This document shows, piece by piece, positions 12,919-25,594 of a DNA stretch of 64,000 nt. The position numbers and the translations under genes are program-made. Positions within the stretch are counted from its first letter, which is position 1; each line of letters starts with the position of its first letter. This DNA is from Phoronis australis. Taxonomy: Eukaryota > Animalia > Phoronida. The stretch is taken from positions 423,165-487,164 of the forward strand of contig NMRA01000128.1 of NCBI GenBank assembly GCA_002633005.1, in the 5' to 3' direction. The notes beneath the pieces were generated by a model. That model saw only the letters and a list, made by a program, of their open reading frames with translations. It was not told where the DNA came from and ran no database searches.

Positions 12919-15900
12919 ATGGCGGCGAGCAATGTTCGTGGCGCTGATATGCTGCAAAATGAGCTGGAAAAGGCTCGTGAAAGTTTGAAGGATGTTGATG
13001 AAAACATAAAGAAACTCACTGGAAGAGACCCGTCCGAGAACAGGTTTGCGCGGTTGACATTAAATTTCGTTTGATGTTGCTGCGAACACCAATCGCAATC
13101 GAACAAGCATTCCGACAAAACGCCGAAAACGGCACAAACGCTAACAACTGCTGGAGTGCTGAACTAGACAATTACATCGCCCTGAATGCCGTAGCCATAC
13201 AGGGGCGATAGTACATCCCAACTGAATGCCACAGAAATAACACTTTTTTAACCATACCACAGCCAAGTGATCATGCTTTGTTTAAAATTATCTGAAAAGC
13301 CCTATCTTTACTCAAGCAAACTACAATTTACAAATAATTACTGCCAATTGACCTATCGCAAGCTCCACCCCGACAAACAAACAAGATGTCAGAGGCATAC
13401 TTTTCATTTGGTGGAATTTAGCAGATGACAGAATAAAAATGTCGGTGAATGTTCACTGATTTTGTTCCAAAGTTCCTAAAATCTATTGAATCGTACAGAT
13501 AATTCGACTTTAAGGATATCTCAAACCTTATTCACAAAAATTGGCGATTTTCAAAAGATTTCAAATGTTTCTAGCAAAATATCGTATCTTCATTCTCGGG
13601 GAACTTCAAATACAAAATAGTTACCGTTTAGGGAGAAAAAACAGATTTAGCAGAACCACCTTGGAACCGCACAATCACGTGGGCATTTGTTTACTATTTA
13701 TTTGAGGTCAAAGGTTACAGGGCGGTCACTCAAATCGAATCTTCCGCCAGGTACAGAGCAGCTTCCCGTACCCTCAGTTCTTTCATTCACCAAGTCGCCA
13801 TAATATTGAGTCAATGAAGTGTATTTATGATAGAATGATGCCGGGGTAAACTAAAACAAAACGTAGTTTTGATCCTGAGGTAGCTGTGCGTCTACATGCA
13901 TGTGACCTTTGGCGTTGATAACGAATGCTACAAGTGACCTCATGTCTCTGTGGTCATAAACACAGCAAGTTGTGAAAAGAGATAAAAGCCTCATCCAAAT
14001 TCCTTAATTCAGTAAATAAATTGACAATTAGATGTTTCTCATGCCAATGACATGGTTTAACCACTGATTCAATTTTTGCTTTCCATTTCTTATTTGTTTA
14101 GAGGAGGCATTGTGGCCTAGTGTGATATGTGCCTGCTTTCTTTACTCGAGGTTGTGGGTTCGAGTCCCACTGGGTCACATTGCTAAACCCTTGAGTCAGG
14201 TTTCTAGCCCCTGAGCTCGGTTTTAACTATATATTAATAAAGCATAAAAATGGTTCCAGGTGATCAGTGCAATGGGCCCACGTGCAGCCTGCGCACTTCT
14301 GGTACAGCATGTATCAGACTGCCTGCAATTATTTTTATTACTTGGTTTTGTATCAGTCTCCCTGCACGTCATGTGTACAGGCTATGTGTATAACAGTGAA
14401 CTGTGACTTACTTGAAAGTTGGTCACAAACAACAGTGACAGTTGATCCCAGTTCGTGGCTGCATGGGAGCAGAACGTTTTAATGATAATTAAGTTAATTA
14501 CTTGCTACAAATTCAGTTGACAGTGCGAGTGAATGTTGAAATAGCTAACATAGTTAAGGCTTGTATGGGTTATGTTTACTGAAAACAAGTTTTCACCAAA
14601 TACTTTACCGAGCACTTCGAGATTTTGACCCACTTAAATCGGCTTTTTCTTGGCTTTGGCAAATCGACTTTATCTCAACTTGGGAACACGAGTTCTCAAA
14701 AATGGCTTGCTAGATTTTGCTGAAACTTTCCAAACTTAATAGTTAGTCATGAATCTCAAAGACGATGTTAGGTTTTTTGATATGAAGGCCTAGTTTTTGT
14801 GCAATGTAACAAAGATGAATACGACTTTTACTTTGTCTGAAAATGCCTTACGTTTTGCGAGTTGATAAGTCATAGAAACCGAACGAAAGTCTAATCGCAA
14901 ATTCCTGACAGCATTTTTGAGGTAACTGGAGAAGTTTTCATTTAAAAAAGGTTTCATTAAAACGACCGAGGGGTTATTTTGTTATGAATGTACCTTTCTT
15001 AAAAATGAAATTTTGACTTAAAGCAGGTGTTTGCATAATAATAATAATGGAATATAAGTACAAAAATATTTTTGCATTCCCTGATCTTATTTCTTTCTAA
15101 AAATATATTCTTATACTAGACTAAGTTGACAAAGCTTAGTTTTTTTGATATACGAGTTAGAATGGAAGCCACTAAATAAGGTTTGAGATAACCTTAAAGT
15201 ACATACCCAGCTTTACATAAACATATCGCATCAGTGGCCATGTCAGTTTTCAGGTGAAGGTGAACCCTGGTGGGGTTCTTGGATTTTCGCTGGCTCCAAA
15301 ATACATTTCCTCGAACACTTATTTTTTCATTGTCTCCTTTACAAATTCCCAAATCACTAGCGTACGATTCTCAGCTGAAAAGTATCACTTGTCTTTGTCG
15401 AAGCGTTTTCGGAAAGTGCAAAAAAACGCATTGATTACACCAGCAACGCTGTTTAGCAACAGTGTATTTGCCTCTGGCATCTTGTTTGTTTGTCGGGTGT
15501 CACGTGGCTTTTCACAAAGGGGTGTAGCTTGCGATAGGTAAATTGTTTGGTTGTCTAGACCAGGGACTGCTATCTGACCAGTGCCAAATCTGGGTGTCGA
15601 GTGACACTCAACTTGCCTGTTACAGCTGTTTAAATGAAAAACAAGTTAATAAACATCATTTTCTTGCATAATTCTATTGTCTGCCGTTGACTTGAAAACA
15701 GCATGCTTGTGAATCGCACATTTGTTAACTTTTTGTGACGTCATTTGAGAGATGAGTACAGTTGCGTCGAATAATTTTTAGGGTGCCGGTATTAAAATAT
15801 TATTAAAAAACTTTCTAGGAAAATGTGAATGAAATACATTCCCAAATTACATGTAGCATGAACTCATGTTTATTGTGCGAGATTGGTTGACATTTGAGTT

Positions 15901-18900
15901 ACTGGTTGTTTTGTCCTTGTTCAGCTTTATTTTTATGGATTAACACTTTTTTGATATCCATATGTAGTGTAATCGATGGCTGATTTCATAGAGGCGGGAG
16001 AAGTGCCAGTAGATGAGGATGAGAATGTTTGCGTGGGTGGGAAGTGCAACTGTGCTGGGGTAAAGTGCGAGGCAGAAATGAGGGAGCTTGGTCAGTGAAA
16101 AGTCTGTGTATGAAAATACCTATTGGAAATTTCCAAAACAAAACGTCTGAAAGAGCGTTCCAGAAAATGTCTTGTAAATCAACAGTTGTTTTATTTGAAA
16201 ATCACCTGAAACTAAATCAGTTGTTCTGGGGTACAATAATTCATGGTGGGCCAGTTTTACCTGCTTACAAGTGACTACAGTGAAGTCGTGCTATGCACCC
16301 TTTGAATTGTCCCTCATTTTTAGAACCAGTCAATCTCTGTATAAGGCCCAGCGAAAGTGATACTGGCATAGGCAATGTAGTGGTGTTCCTATATACATAT
16401 TACACACATGTTGTTACATTTCAGGCCAATGGGAAGGCGACTGTCATCGTCTGGTGATCTGAGAGGTAGCAGAGGAGGGTTGTTTGGATTAGCAAGGTAG
16501 GTGCTTTGTTGGCCAACATTCATAGTAATGTTTCAAATTCTTAACCTAAACAAATTGTCCAAACAAAGAATCAAGTCTACAAAAGGCAAATGTATCATAA
16601 CTATGTCAGTTTGAGAGAAATTGATATTAACTCTTAGTTATCCAGTGCCTCACATGGTGTTGTTGCTGTTGACCTTGAATGTGATATAAACTGTTTGTCT
16701 GATTGTTGCAGGAGGGGACTCATCGATAATGCTGGGCGAGTGGGACCTCAGCGTCGATCCCTTGGCACTGCTTTTAGCAGGTAAAGTGGAGGACCAAAAA
16801 TACATTAGCCGCTCACTGCTTTTTCAAATAGTAGCGTGTAGCAAATTGTGGGACAGGTTATAAAGAGTTCTCTCACATTTTCAGAATACTGGCATCCTGC
16901 AGTTCTGCAACATGATTTATGAAGTAGATAATGGAGAAATGATGTTTCGTTTTTCTGTATGTTCAATTTTGTGAAAGGTCGTTTACGTTATAGGTGTTGG
17001 GTGCAGCATTATCTGTTCCTAATAAAGAAGAAAAGTTGTGCTGAGTGCTTTTAATAAAATATTACAGGTAAACACGTCAATTACTCTGCTTCTCTGCAAC
17101 AGCAATAAGCCAAGTCTCTTGCATGATTCCAATATTCGACTTTCCGTGTCAACGTACAGAACTAGACGCAAATAGCTTTGCTAGTCTATGAATGCTGGTC
17201 ATATGTCCTACACAAGTACTCCAGCTGGTGTGTCTTTGTGTTTACTGTTAATTTGTGTTGTTGCTCTTCAGGCTTGGTCCTCGCCCACGTGACCGATCTC
17301 CAGGACAGGACAGTGGAGAAGAAGAGGAACTACCCAACAAGGTAGTACAATATTCTGCTAGGCTTTATACACAAATAACAGTCCAACTTGTTGAGAGCTG
17401 CAGAACTTTTCATTGTGTGAAGGCACCAACACTTGAATTTAAGTGATTGTCACTTAAAGTAAAACATTTTCATTCGTATAGTTAATCCCAGTGCTATTGA
17501 ACAAAAACCTGACATATGCCAATTCTAGCCATATGTTTTGTTATGTGGGACTTGCACTTATCAAAATTTGACTTCAGCATATACATTGGTATTTTTAGTA
17601 TGTGCATAAATTCACGAATTTTTAAAATGAATTCAGACTACGCTCTTATTAACGTCTCACTGTGAGGACTTTACTTCCAGAAGTGATGATATTCCTCTCC
17701 CTGTAGATGACTTTACTGACATTGTCACAAGATTTTAAAAGCTTACACTGACTGTTAACCCTCCAACGCACGTTATGAATGCTTTTGAAATGTTGATAAT
17801 TACGAATTTTCTGTAGAACTTGTATATAAAGTCGGAACTAACTGTATTGAGAGATTTCATCCTAGTAAAGGGAAATCCATTTAGTCTAAAGCTAAGTGAG
17901 TTTATGAACTAGAATGACTGTGCTGTAGAATGTTGTTTAAATTGAGCAAAAATCAAACTTGTGCATTTCTGACGTATGCGAGTTTTACTGAAAAGGCATA
18001 TTTTGCTACTCGGTTATGATACTCGATTTTCAGCCTGTTGTCATGTCTTATGATTGTCTATTCAGCCCACTGTCCAGTCCAGCATCGTAGCTACCTCTTT
18101 AGAGAACCGCACGAGGACAGATAGTATCAAACAACTGAATAAAGATGAGAAAGGAAGACAAAGGTTAGTGTAAGATTTGTCTTAGACAGTAATTTTGATC
18201 TCACTACAGATGCCAGGTGCTTAAAATCATCAATTTCATATCAAAAACACCAAAAAGCAACCCCACCAGTTGACCAGCTGTCTAATTAGAGTACCGGCTA
18301 ACACTATCTGACGATATGTTAATAAGCTGATCTTGAGATACGAGCATTGATTGATTGAATCATCAACGTAAAACCGGGACAACCAGTCACAGCACCAATC
18401 AGCCTCCATTGTGTTTCATGTGAAAAGTCATCCAATATTGCTGGTCGTTTATGGTAGAATAAGGAATGTCGAGGCATTGCATGTATGATGGTTGTAACAA
18501 CTTAGTATTTGACCATTCTGTAGCTCTTTGTAGTGGACTGGTCATTGTGTGTTCTTGCTCTGATAGTTTCAATCCACCTACTAATAGCAACAAAGAACAT
18601 TGCACCATATGCTATACTTATCCTTTATGGCACTGGGTAATGCAGTTCTAACACAATTTGGCAGTGAAAGAGTCAAGCAAAAGTTCTTGCACAGAATAAT
18701 ACTGTACTGCGTAACATCATTTTCTGATGAAATCTCACTTGGTTAAAAGCACGTAACTTGGCATTACGTGCTTTGGTAAGGCACGTGAAAACTATTGACT
18801 ATATTGCAGAAATCGGCGAATGCTCGGAAACTTGCTCGTTGGAACATTGCTGAAGTTTCAAGATGAAGCTAAGTCCAAGAAAGAAGTGGTGTGTATGAAC

Positions 18901-21900
18901 ATGTTTGTAACACCTTTAGTTCATGGTGAAGAATCTAATCAATTTGAAATGATACTTTTATCACTTTTCTGGAACACACTTAACATAACATCTAAATTTG
19001 TTGGGTCATGTTTTGTCAAATAACTTTTTAATAAATAATGATTTTCCAGCCATAACACCATCTGTGTTTAGTGTCCTTCATAGTCACAGGTCTATTATGT
19101 GAATAAGAATAATGTCCAGGTCCCGCACTTTGCGTGAACATAAGGCAGCTGACATAGTATTCACAATTACTGTACATAGTGTTGATGGTGCGATATCTGA
19201 AGAAGTGAGCTTTGGATTATGCTTACATTTTGTAGCCAGGATAGAGTTCAGTAAAGCTAGGACTTTGCTAAAAAGCAAGGCTGCGAAGTCACGTGAGATA
19301 TTGCCAGGTATTTTGAAATGGGAACACGGGATTTTGGCTACATTTTAGCGAGGTCCTAGCATAGGTACTAGGATTTCTGAACTCCACCCAGGTTTAGGTG
19401 AGGTAACTCTAGGTGCCTTTTTAATGAGGTAACCTTGACATCATTTTGAAGGTCATGGCGAGAAAATCGAGGTTTGGCTTTAAAGCAAACTTGTGTTGAC
19501 ACAATATCTCAAGAAGGCAGCTTAATGTTTTGTTCAAATTTTGTACCAAGTTGTAGGTGAGACAGGAGATTTTGTTGGCATTGATCTTGTATTCCGAGTG
19601 GTTGTGAACATTTTAAGAATAGTGTGATATCTTGTTATGGGACCTTTAAATTTTCTTCATTTTGTATCAAGGTATAAGTGGGGCATCTTCAGGCGCCATT
19701 TGATATTGGTGATCTTCACCTCATTTTGAAGGTCATAGCAAGACTACTTGGAAACTTCTGCTGACAGAATATCTCAAGAAAAATGCTTTCTACATTTTAG
19801 TCATATTTAAAACCAAGGTGTAGATGGGGGGGCCTGTTGATTTTGGCCACCTTGACCTCGCTTTCAAGGTCAAGGACTAAGGCAAGAAATCTTTCAATTT
19901 ATACCCAAGTTGGTAGGCCCTAGTGGTTGACTTTGAATTGGCTGATATGTTGATTGTGGTACCAGTTCTTAAAGTCATTCCCTTCACATTTCCAGGTGCA
20001 AAAGAGAAAGGATGTGGAGAAGAAGCTTGAGCAGAAGGCACGTGAAGAGCGAGATGAGTTGCGTAAGGAGCGACAACAGCTGTTCAACAACAGGAGGCAG
20101 CAGCAGGCCAAGATGAGGCGACTGGAGCAGAAACTGGCTCTGGTCGAACTTGTGAGTTGTTGAAACTGCCAAGGAACTACTAGTAACTTAATAGTGTTCT
20201 ACCATGGAACTCGTTCATTATAGCGATGGCTATATTGCTTTTTGTATGTAGAATAAGAACCCTTGAATTTCAACTCACCACGTTCAGTCCTCAATAATTA
20301 GGATTTGAAATGTTTTTCTCAAACTCACAAATCTGAGTAAGATTTATAGGTTTAAATAGTCTTATGCATTGCTTATTTTTTGTTACTAAGAATTTCCAAA
20401 GGCTGAGGACAGATTTTGAAAAAAAAATGATGTGCCACGAGTAGAATTTTTTTGCTTTTGCAGTATTTGCATAGGCCAACTGTAAGTGCATGGAACGAAC
20501 TGCTTGTACAATATGCACAGTTTGCATAGGCCAACTGTAAGTGCGTGGAACGAACTTCTTGTACAATATGCACAGTTTGCTTACGCAAATAAACTTTCTG
20601 TTTCAAGCATGCCGAATGGGAACAGGAGACACGCAAGCTTGGTTTATTTGCTCGCACGAGGGCCAAGCCATACATTTACTTTGTGCCCAAGAAGATGAGT
20701 GAAGGCGTGAAGAAAAAAATAGCCGAGTCTGCTGAGGCCGTAGAAGGTATAATGTTGTGCATAATCTCATCAATGTCTGTAAAAAGAATGGATGAAAGTT
20801 TCTAGTACAGTAACACCTTAGAGTCATGAGCACTGTCTGAATTGTCACTCTGTATGCCATTTAAACATAATATAAGTGGCGATGAAGGAATTTAAATAAT
20901 TATCCTTCTTTGCTCTGCTATGTTGCAATTTTGAGTTTCATTTCTACAGTTAAATGGTTAATTTACAGTATCAGCAAACATCTGATAACACTTGATGGTC
21001 TATGCCTCATTTTATCAAAGTTCATAAATCTTGTCTTAGCTAAGACTGTAGCATCAGAAATTTTTATTGCCATTAACGTGGTTTTTAATGGTGGGTTCTT
21101 AACTTCAGTATGAATTTCTATCATGTGTACGCATTGTCGCATTCACAAATTCACAAAAAAAGAGAGGACTTGCAACCTGTGATGGAACAGACCCCTATTT
21201 TAACCAAATAAAATTGTGGTCATTAATACTCAGTACTCACATTACTTATTAAGGTATGATGTCAATGCATGGAAGGTGTGAAGTATATAACGCATTCTTT
21301 CATTGTTACACGTTACAGTGCCACTAGCTGAATCGTGAACGTAAACTGGAGCCGTGTACATTTTCTTTTTTAGTTGTGATTACTGAGCGCAAAAAGAAGC
21401 TTGAAGAAGAGATAGAGAGGCTTATGCAGGAAGATGAGGCTGGTGAAGAGGGTGCTGAAGGGGATAACCAGGAGGGGCATGGTGAGGACGGGGGCACGGA
21501 GAATGGGGGTGAGGAGGAGGAGGTAGGGAGGAGAGTCTCGCGGGACTCTGGAGACCAGGGAGAACGTCGCGGGTCGAGGGAGGGGCTGTCTGAAGGAATG
21601 GGTGGGGAGGAGAAAAGTGACTCCAAAGATAGTCCTCATGGGAAGGCCGGAGTGGGCGAAGGGGAAAGTGCAGCTAAGCGTGACGCAAAAGGTTCTAGGG
21701 AAAGGAGTCGTAGGGATTCGGGGTCTCGCCATAAAGGGACACTTAGGGGATCGCGTAGTAGAAGCCCACGTGAGGGACGGAAGCGGAGGGAGTCTACTTC
21801 AGGAGATAGGAAAGCCCGTCGGGATTCCAGTAGAGAGAAAAGGGGGGAACAGAGGGGGTCGAGCCGAAGTCCAGATAGAAGGAAACGTAGGGATTCTAGT

Positions 21901-22425
21901 AAAAGTCCTGGGGAATCGGGGAAGCACAGGGACCGAAGTAAGAGTGCTGAGAGGAGGAGGAAGCGCAGGGACTCTTCTAGGAGCCCGGGTAATAGAAGGA
22001 AACGCAGAGATTCCAGTAAGAGCCCTGATAATGGGAGGAAACGCAAGCAGTCTAGCAGAAGCCCAGACAAAAGGAGAACTCGTAAGCACTCTGCTGCTAG
22101 CCCTGAGAGAAGGAAACGTAGTAGAAGTCGTGATGATGGCAGGAAGCTCAGGGACTCGAGTAAAAGTCCGGTGGGTAGGAAACGGTCTGTAAGTCGTCAT
22201 GAGGACAAAAGGGACAAAAGTCAAAGTCCTGCGAAGAGTAATGAGCCTGTGATGGAGTCTGGGGAGGAAATTAGTGTAGATAGATCAGGCGAGGGTGCAG
22301 GTAACTCTGGAGGCAAAGGTGGTGGTGATGTGGAGGTCCAGGGGAGTGAGAGGCAGCAGGGTGAGGAGAGTGGTATGGATGTGGAGGAGGGTGGGGATAG
22401 AGGTCCAGGGATAGTGAGGCAGGAG
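12919..22425 (+). CDS. PNN: Pinin (SDK/memA), splicing/EJC-associated RS protein; stop codon in or beyond the N gap
   Basis: Exons 12919-13043 (MAAS..LQNELEKARESLKDVDENIKKLTGRDP, pinin N-terminus), 16425-16496, 16712-16780, 17272-17341, 18066-18163, 18810-18888 (RNRRMLGNLLVGTLLKF), 19996-20151 (coiled coil), 20608-20746 (FARTRAKPYIYFVP), 21374->22425 (acidic then RS-rich). All GT-AG, phases consistent. Confidence 0.93.
13514..15193. mobile_element. Non-autonomous TTAA-target DNA transposon, Kolobok-like
   Basis: TTAA|GGATATCTCAAACCTTATT ... AATAAGGTTTGAGATAACC|TTAA: 19-bp TIR with one mismatch, RR...YY ends, TTAA on both sides. Confidence 0.7.
14101..14340 (+). mobile_element. tRNA-derived SINE
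   Basis: A-box TGGCCTAGTG, B-box GGTTCGAGTCC, core-like CCCTTGAGTCAGG, AT-rich (TTA-like) tail. Confidence 0.6.
19425..19875. repeat. Degenerate internally repeated element (ACCTTGACCTCATTTTGAAGGTCA-like motif)
   Basis: Motif recurs near 19432, 19711 and 19849, with ATATCTCAAGAA repeated. Confidence 0.5.
20466..20580 (+). repeat. 55-bp tandem duplication just upstream of a PNN acceptor
   Basis: TTTGCATAGGCCAACTGTAAGTGC(A/G)TGGAACGAACT(G/T)CTTGTACAATATGCACAG x2. Confidence 0.9.
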
Positions 22426-23415
22426 NNNNNNNNNNNNNNNNNNNNNNNNNNNNNNNNNNNNNNNNNNNNNNNNNNNNNNNNNNNNNNNNNNNNNNNNNNN
22501 NNNNNNNNNNNNNNNNNNNNNNNNNNNNNNNNNNNNNNNNNNNNNNNNNNNNNNNNNNNNNNNNNNNNNNNNNNNNNNNNNNNNNNNNNNNNNNNNNNNN
22601 NNNNNNNNNNNNNNNNNNNNNNNNNNNNNNNNNNNNNNNNNNNNNNNNNNNNNNNNNNNNNNNNNNNNNNNNNNNNNNNNNNNNNNNNNNNNNNNNNNNN
22701 NNNNNNNNNNNNNNNNNNNNNNNNNNNNNNNNNNNNNNNNNNNNNNNNNNNNNNNNNNNNNNNNNNNNNNNNNNNNNNNNNNNNNNNNNNNNNNNNNNNN
22801 NNNNNNNNNNNNNNNNNNNNNNNNNNNNNNNNNNNNNNNNNNNNNNNNNNNNNNNNNNNNNNNNNNNNNNNNNNNNNNNNNNNNNNNNNNNNNNNNNNNN
22901 NNNNNNNNNNNNNNNNNNNNNNNNNNNNNNNNNNNNNNNNNNNNNNNNNNNNNNNNNNNNNNNNNNNNNNNNNNNNNNNNNNNNNNNNNNNNNNNNNNNN
23001 NNNNNNNNNNNNNNNNNNNNNNNNNNNNNNNNNNNNNNNNNNNNNNNNNNNNNNNNNNNNNNNNNNNNNNNNNNNNNNNNNNNNNNNNNNNNNNNNNNNN
23101 NNNNNNNNNNNNNNNNNNNNNNNNNNNNNNNNNNNNNNNNNNNNNNNNNNNNNNNNNNNNNNNNNNNNNNNNNNNNNNNNNNNNNNNNNNNNNNNNNNNN
23201 NNNNNNNNNNNNNNNNNNNNNNNNNNNNNNNNNNNNNNNNNNNNNNNNNNNNNNNNNNNNNNNNNNNNNNNNNNNNNNNNNNNNNNNNNNNNNNNNNNNN
23301 NNNNNNNNNNNNNNNNNNNNNNNNNNNNNNNNNNNNNNNNNNNNNNNNNNNNNNNNNNNNNNNNNNNNNNNNNNNNNNNNNNNNNNNNNNNNNNNNNNNN
23401 NNNNNNNNNNNNNNN
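22426..23415. other. Assembly gap (~990 N)
   Basis: Run of N. Confidence 0.99.
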
Positions 23416-23905
23416 GGGGGTTGTACCTTAGGTCCTGAAAACAGATTGTAATATTGTACATGATTGTCTTTATTTGTGGGTGCAGTCATTCCATGAGAGT
23501 AATTATCAAGACTGGTACATGATAGTAGTTTGTGCTAAAACCATTGTGTACCAGTATTAGACAGTGTAGCTGATCAGTACACAATGCTTACACAATAGAT
23601 TTTGACAAAGACAAATGAAACAATTGTTGCAGATACCTTTTTGTTTTCTCTAAGAAATTGCCAGGTTTAGATATAAGTTGACATTTACCTTTTGTTACCT
23701 CACAATGTGCGTTAATAATACTAGTTAAGCCACACAATGTTTGGGGTTTTATTTTTTGCCAGTAAACTCTTATTTTACTTCACATGTTGATGCAGTCCAA
23801 CTATACAAAAATCAGTAATTGCTTTGTTTGTGTATTCCCCCTACAGCTGTTGTCAAATGTAAACATACTTGTAAATAATTGTTCTACACATTTTCTATCA
23901 TGTTA

Positions 23906-23911
23906 AATAAA
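23906..23911 (+). terminator. Candidate poly(A) signal of PNN
   Basis: AATAAA in AT-rich sequence after the gap, with a downstream GT-rich tract. Confidence 0.4.
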
Positions 23912-25594
23912 TTAGACATTACTGAATTGAACATGTCTTTTGTTTATGTGCATGTATCATCACTAATTAAATTTGACCAGTCCACTATTTACCATTGATC
24001 TTAGACGTAAGACTTGCATGAATAAACCTAGACATGGTTGAATACTTTCCTTGCAATGGATGTCTACATTTCAGATTCTTGCGTCTATGCAACGCTATCT
24101 GGTTATGTCGCAATTTACCCCAAACGTGAGCTCTAATTTGAATGACCAATGGTTTTTTTCTGTTACTGTGTACGCATTGAATAGATACCTCTATTGTTTA
24201 ACATGGTGACCTAGTAATTACAAGTCTCGACCTCCATTGTGTAGGTTAGCTGTGATGTTGAGTACGCCGTGGAGTAGTAACCAGAGACCATATAATAGAT
24301 TTGTCTTTGTAGTGGATAAGGTTCCTAGAAAGCCTAGATATTTTTCATTTGTGGATGTAAGTTCGTGCGCTTTTTATGTGCATCTCTTTAGTGTTATCAA
24401 AGCTTCCAATTGACTTGCAAGCCAGTTGAAACATCTTTGACAGTGAAAGGTGGAGTAAAGCACACACAACCGTTTTGATTATTTGATAAAATTCAACTAC
24501 ATGATAAAACAGGAAGAAAGTCCCCATGCTTAGTTGGCATTGTGTAACCATGCAGTTTGCAAAGGAGCAGACTTCCACGGAGCAATGTTATTGTGGAACC
24601 AATGAATGCTGGTGTCCTCAAGCTGAGAAATGCACAATCAATTGTAATAAATAAGTCGTTTTCACCAAGACATGTCTGCATCTCTGAGATTTTCTCCCAT
24701 TTTCTGCAGCTGCATTGTTGAAAGGACAGTAACTGCTGCCTGGCAAGTTTCACTGCTGCTCAGTGCTGCCATCTACAATACTGGGATTCAGTGGAACGAC
24801 CTGTATTGCACTAAGAAATAGTTTATTGCACAATTAACTCCACACTGATTTACAGTTCAATGTGACTAATGAAGAACAATTGGCTAAAATATCCAAAAAT
24901 CCATGTAAACATTCCAAAGACGATGTCACTATAATCTCACAAATGTGGCCCTGCACTTGCAAATTGTGGCTTATAAAAAAAGACTGGGTCTCGGACTGCA
25001 AACAAGCTCATAGACTCGTCTCTCGAGTCCAGCACGCATGTGAATTGGAGAGTGGTCTTTTGAGTGCATTGCTTATTTTATGAGTACCGGGCAGTGTTTG
25101 CTAGCCAATAAGCCAAGTTTATAGGTACATGAACCATGTTCAAGAGTGCATGAGCAGTGCTGTTTGGTAGCCTCTGTGAAATCTAGCTTTAGCTTATCGC
25201 ACACTATTAAAGCTGCAGCCGCAGGCCACAGCCATTGTGGTTGGACATGGTTGTTGTGTAATAACCTGGCCGCTTTCCTTATGCTTAACGAAGTGACTAG
25301 AAACTTCCACAACTGCACTGAGGCAAACTAACACATTTTCAGGCAGTAGTTACTGGTACAACTATCAAACCTTAACCAGGGGTTCACTGGCTTGTTGAGA
25401 ATGAGATTCAGATTCACTCTGAAGATGGCAAAGTGAATTCATGGGAAGACTTGACATCATGTGAAAAGGACTATAAATGCTTTCCGTCCAAGAAGGGAAT
25501 TTTTGATTTAGACCAGTTACCACTGACTGTAAAATTGGTATCTAGGTTTTCTTCATTCAGATCTTGGGTATTTTCTGTGTTTGCAAGAGCACCT

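Larger units (their letters stand above)
13346..15544. mobile_element. MITE split by a nested insertion in PNN intron 1
   Basis: Left arm AATTGACCTATCGCAAGCT..CCCGACAAACAAACAAGATG; right arm CATCTTGTTTGTTTGTCGGG..AGCTTGCGATAGGTAAATT. Confidence 0.65.

Noticed and set aside
14101-14180. tRNA gene
   Set aside because: A and B boxes present but no convincing cloverleaf, and it continues into a SINE-like body.
21324-23489. Several long overlapping or antisense ORFs and poly-X ORFs
   Set aside because: Shadows of the low-complexity pinin exon and read-through across the N gap.
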